Source: Escherichia coli (GTDB taxonomy: Bacteria > Pseudomonadota > Gammaproteobacteria > Enterobacterales > Enterobacteriaceae). From it: a stretch of DNA of 64,000 nucleotides. The stretch is from the NCBI RefSeq assembly GCF_044647545.1, contig NZ_CP172818.1; one strand, 5' to 3'. Shown one piece after another: positions 63,879 to 64,000 of this stretch; the first letter of the stretch is position 1, and each line of letters starts with the position of its first letter. The notes under the pieces are model-generated. The model saw only the letters and a program-made list of their open reading frames with translations. It ran no database searches and had not been told where the DNA came from. The position numbers and the translations under genes were made by a program.

Positions 63879-64000
63879 ATGAACATTAGCGATGTAGCAA
63901 AAATTACCGGCCTGACCAGCAAAGCCATTCGCTTCTATGAAGAGAAGGGGCTGGTGACGCCGCCGATGCGCAGCGAAAACGGTTATCGCACCTACACGCA
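63879..64000 (+). CDS. cueR: MerR-family copper-responsive regulator CueR, N-terminal part (continues beyond window end)
   Basis: [40 protein letters not shown], a MerR-type HTH; truncated by the window edge. Confidence 0.9.

Overview
This window reads as a contiguous stretch of Escherichia coli K-12-like core chromosome, running from cyoB/cyoA through to cueR. It is not an accessory island, and I find no convincing undescribed biological system in it. All identifications come from reading the translated ORFs and DNA motifs and recalling the E. coli proteins; no database search was run. Gene order is cyoB(partial)-cyoA-ampG-yajG-bolA-tig-clpP-clpX-lon-hupB-ppiD-ybaV-fadM-queC-ybaE-cof-decR(ybaO)-mdlA-mdlB-glnK-amtB-tesB-ybaY-atl-ffs-ybaA-pdeB(ylaB)-ylaC-maa-hha-tomB-acrB-acrA-acrR-mscK-ybaM-priC-ybaN-apt-dnaX-ybaB-recR-htpG-adk-hemH-aes-gsk-ybaL-fsr-ushA-ybaK-chiX-ybaP-ybaQ-copA-glsA-ybaT-cueR(partial). 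The ORF track misses two small RNA genes (ffs 4.5S RNA and the ChiX sRNA) and the 54-codon ybaM, and in many cases it starts ORFs at upstream in-frame codons rather than the real start. I see no CRISPR array, IS element, transposase, integrase or prophage gene. The one thing the K-12 gene map does not explain is a homopolymer-rich, low-complexity block of about 160-260 bp just upstream of ybaQ (about 58090-58350, with runs up to A27, A21 and C11). It is unlike anything else in the window; I judge it most likely an assembly or sequencing artefact or an artificial insertion, but it is the top candidate for follow-up. Other points worth a second look are the two programmed frameshift sites (dnaX, copA), the CueR box at the copA promoter, the AcrR operator, sigma32 and sigma54 promoters, the SgrR-like regulator ybaE, and the AT-rich hha-tomB leader.
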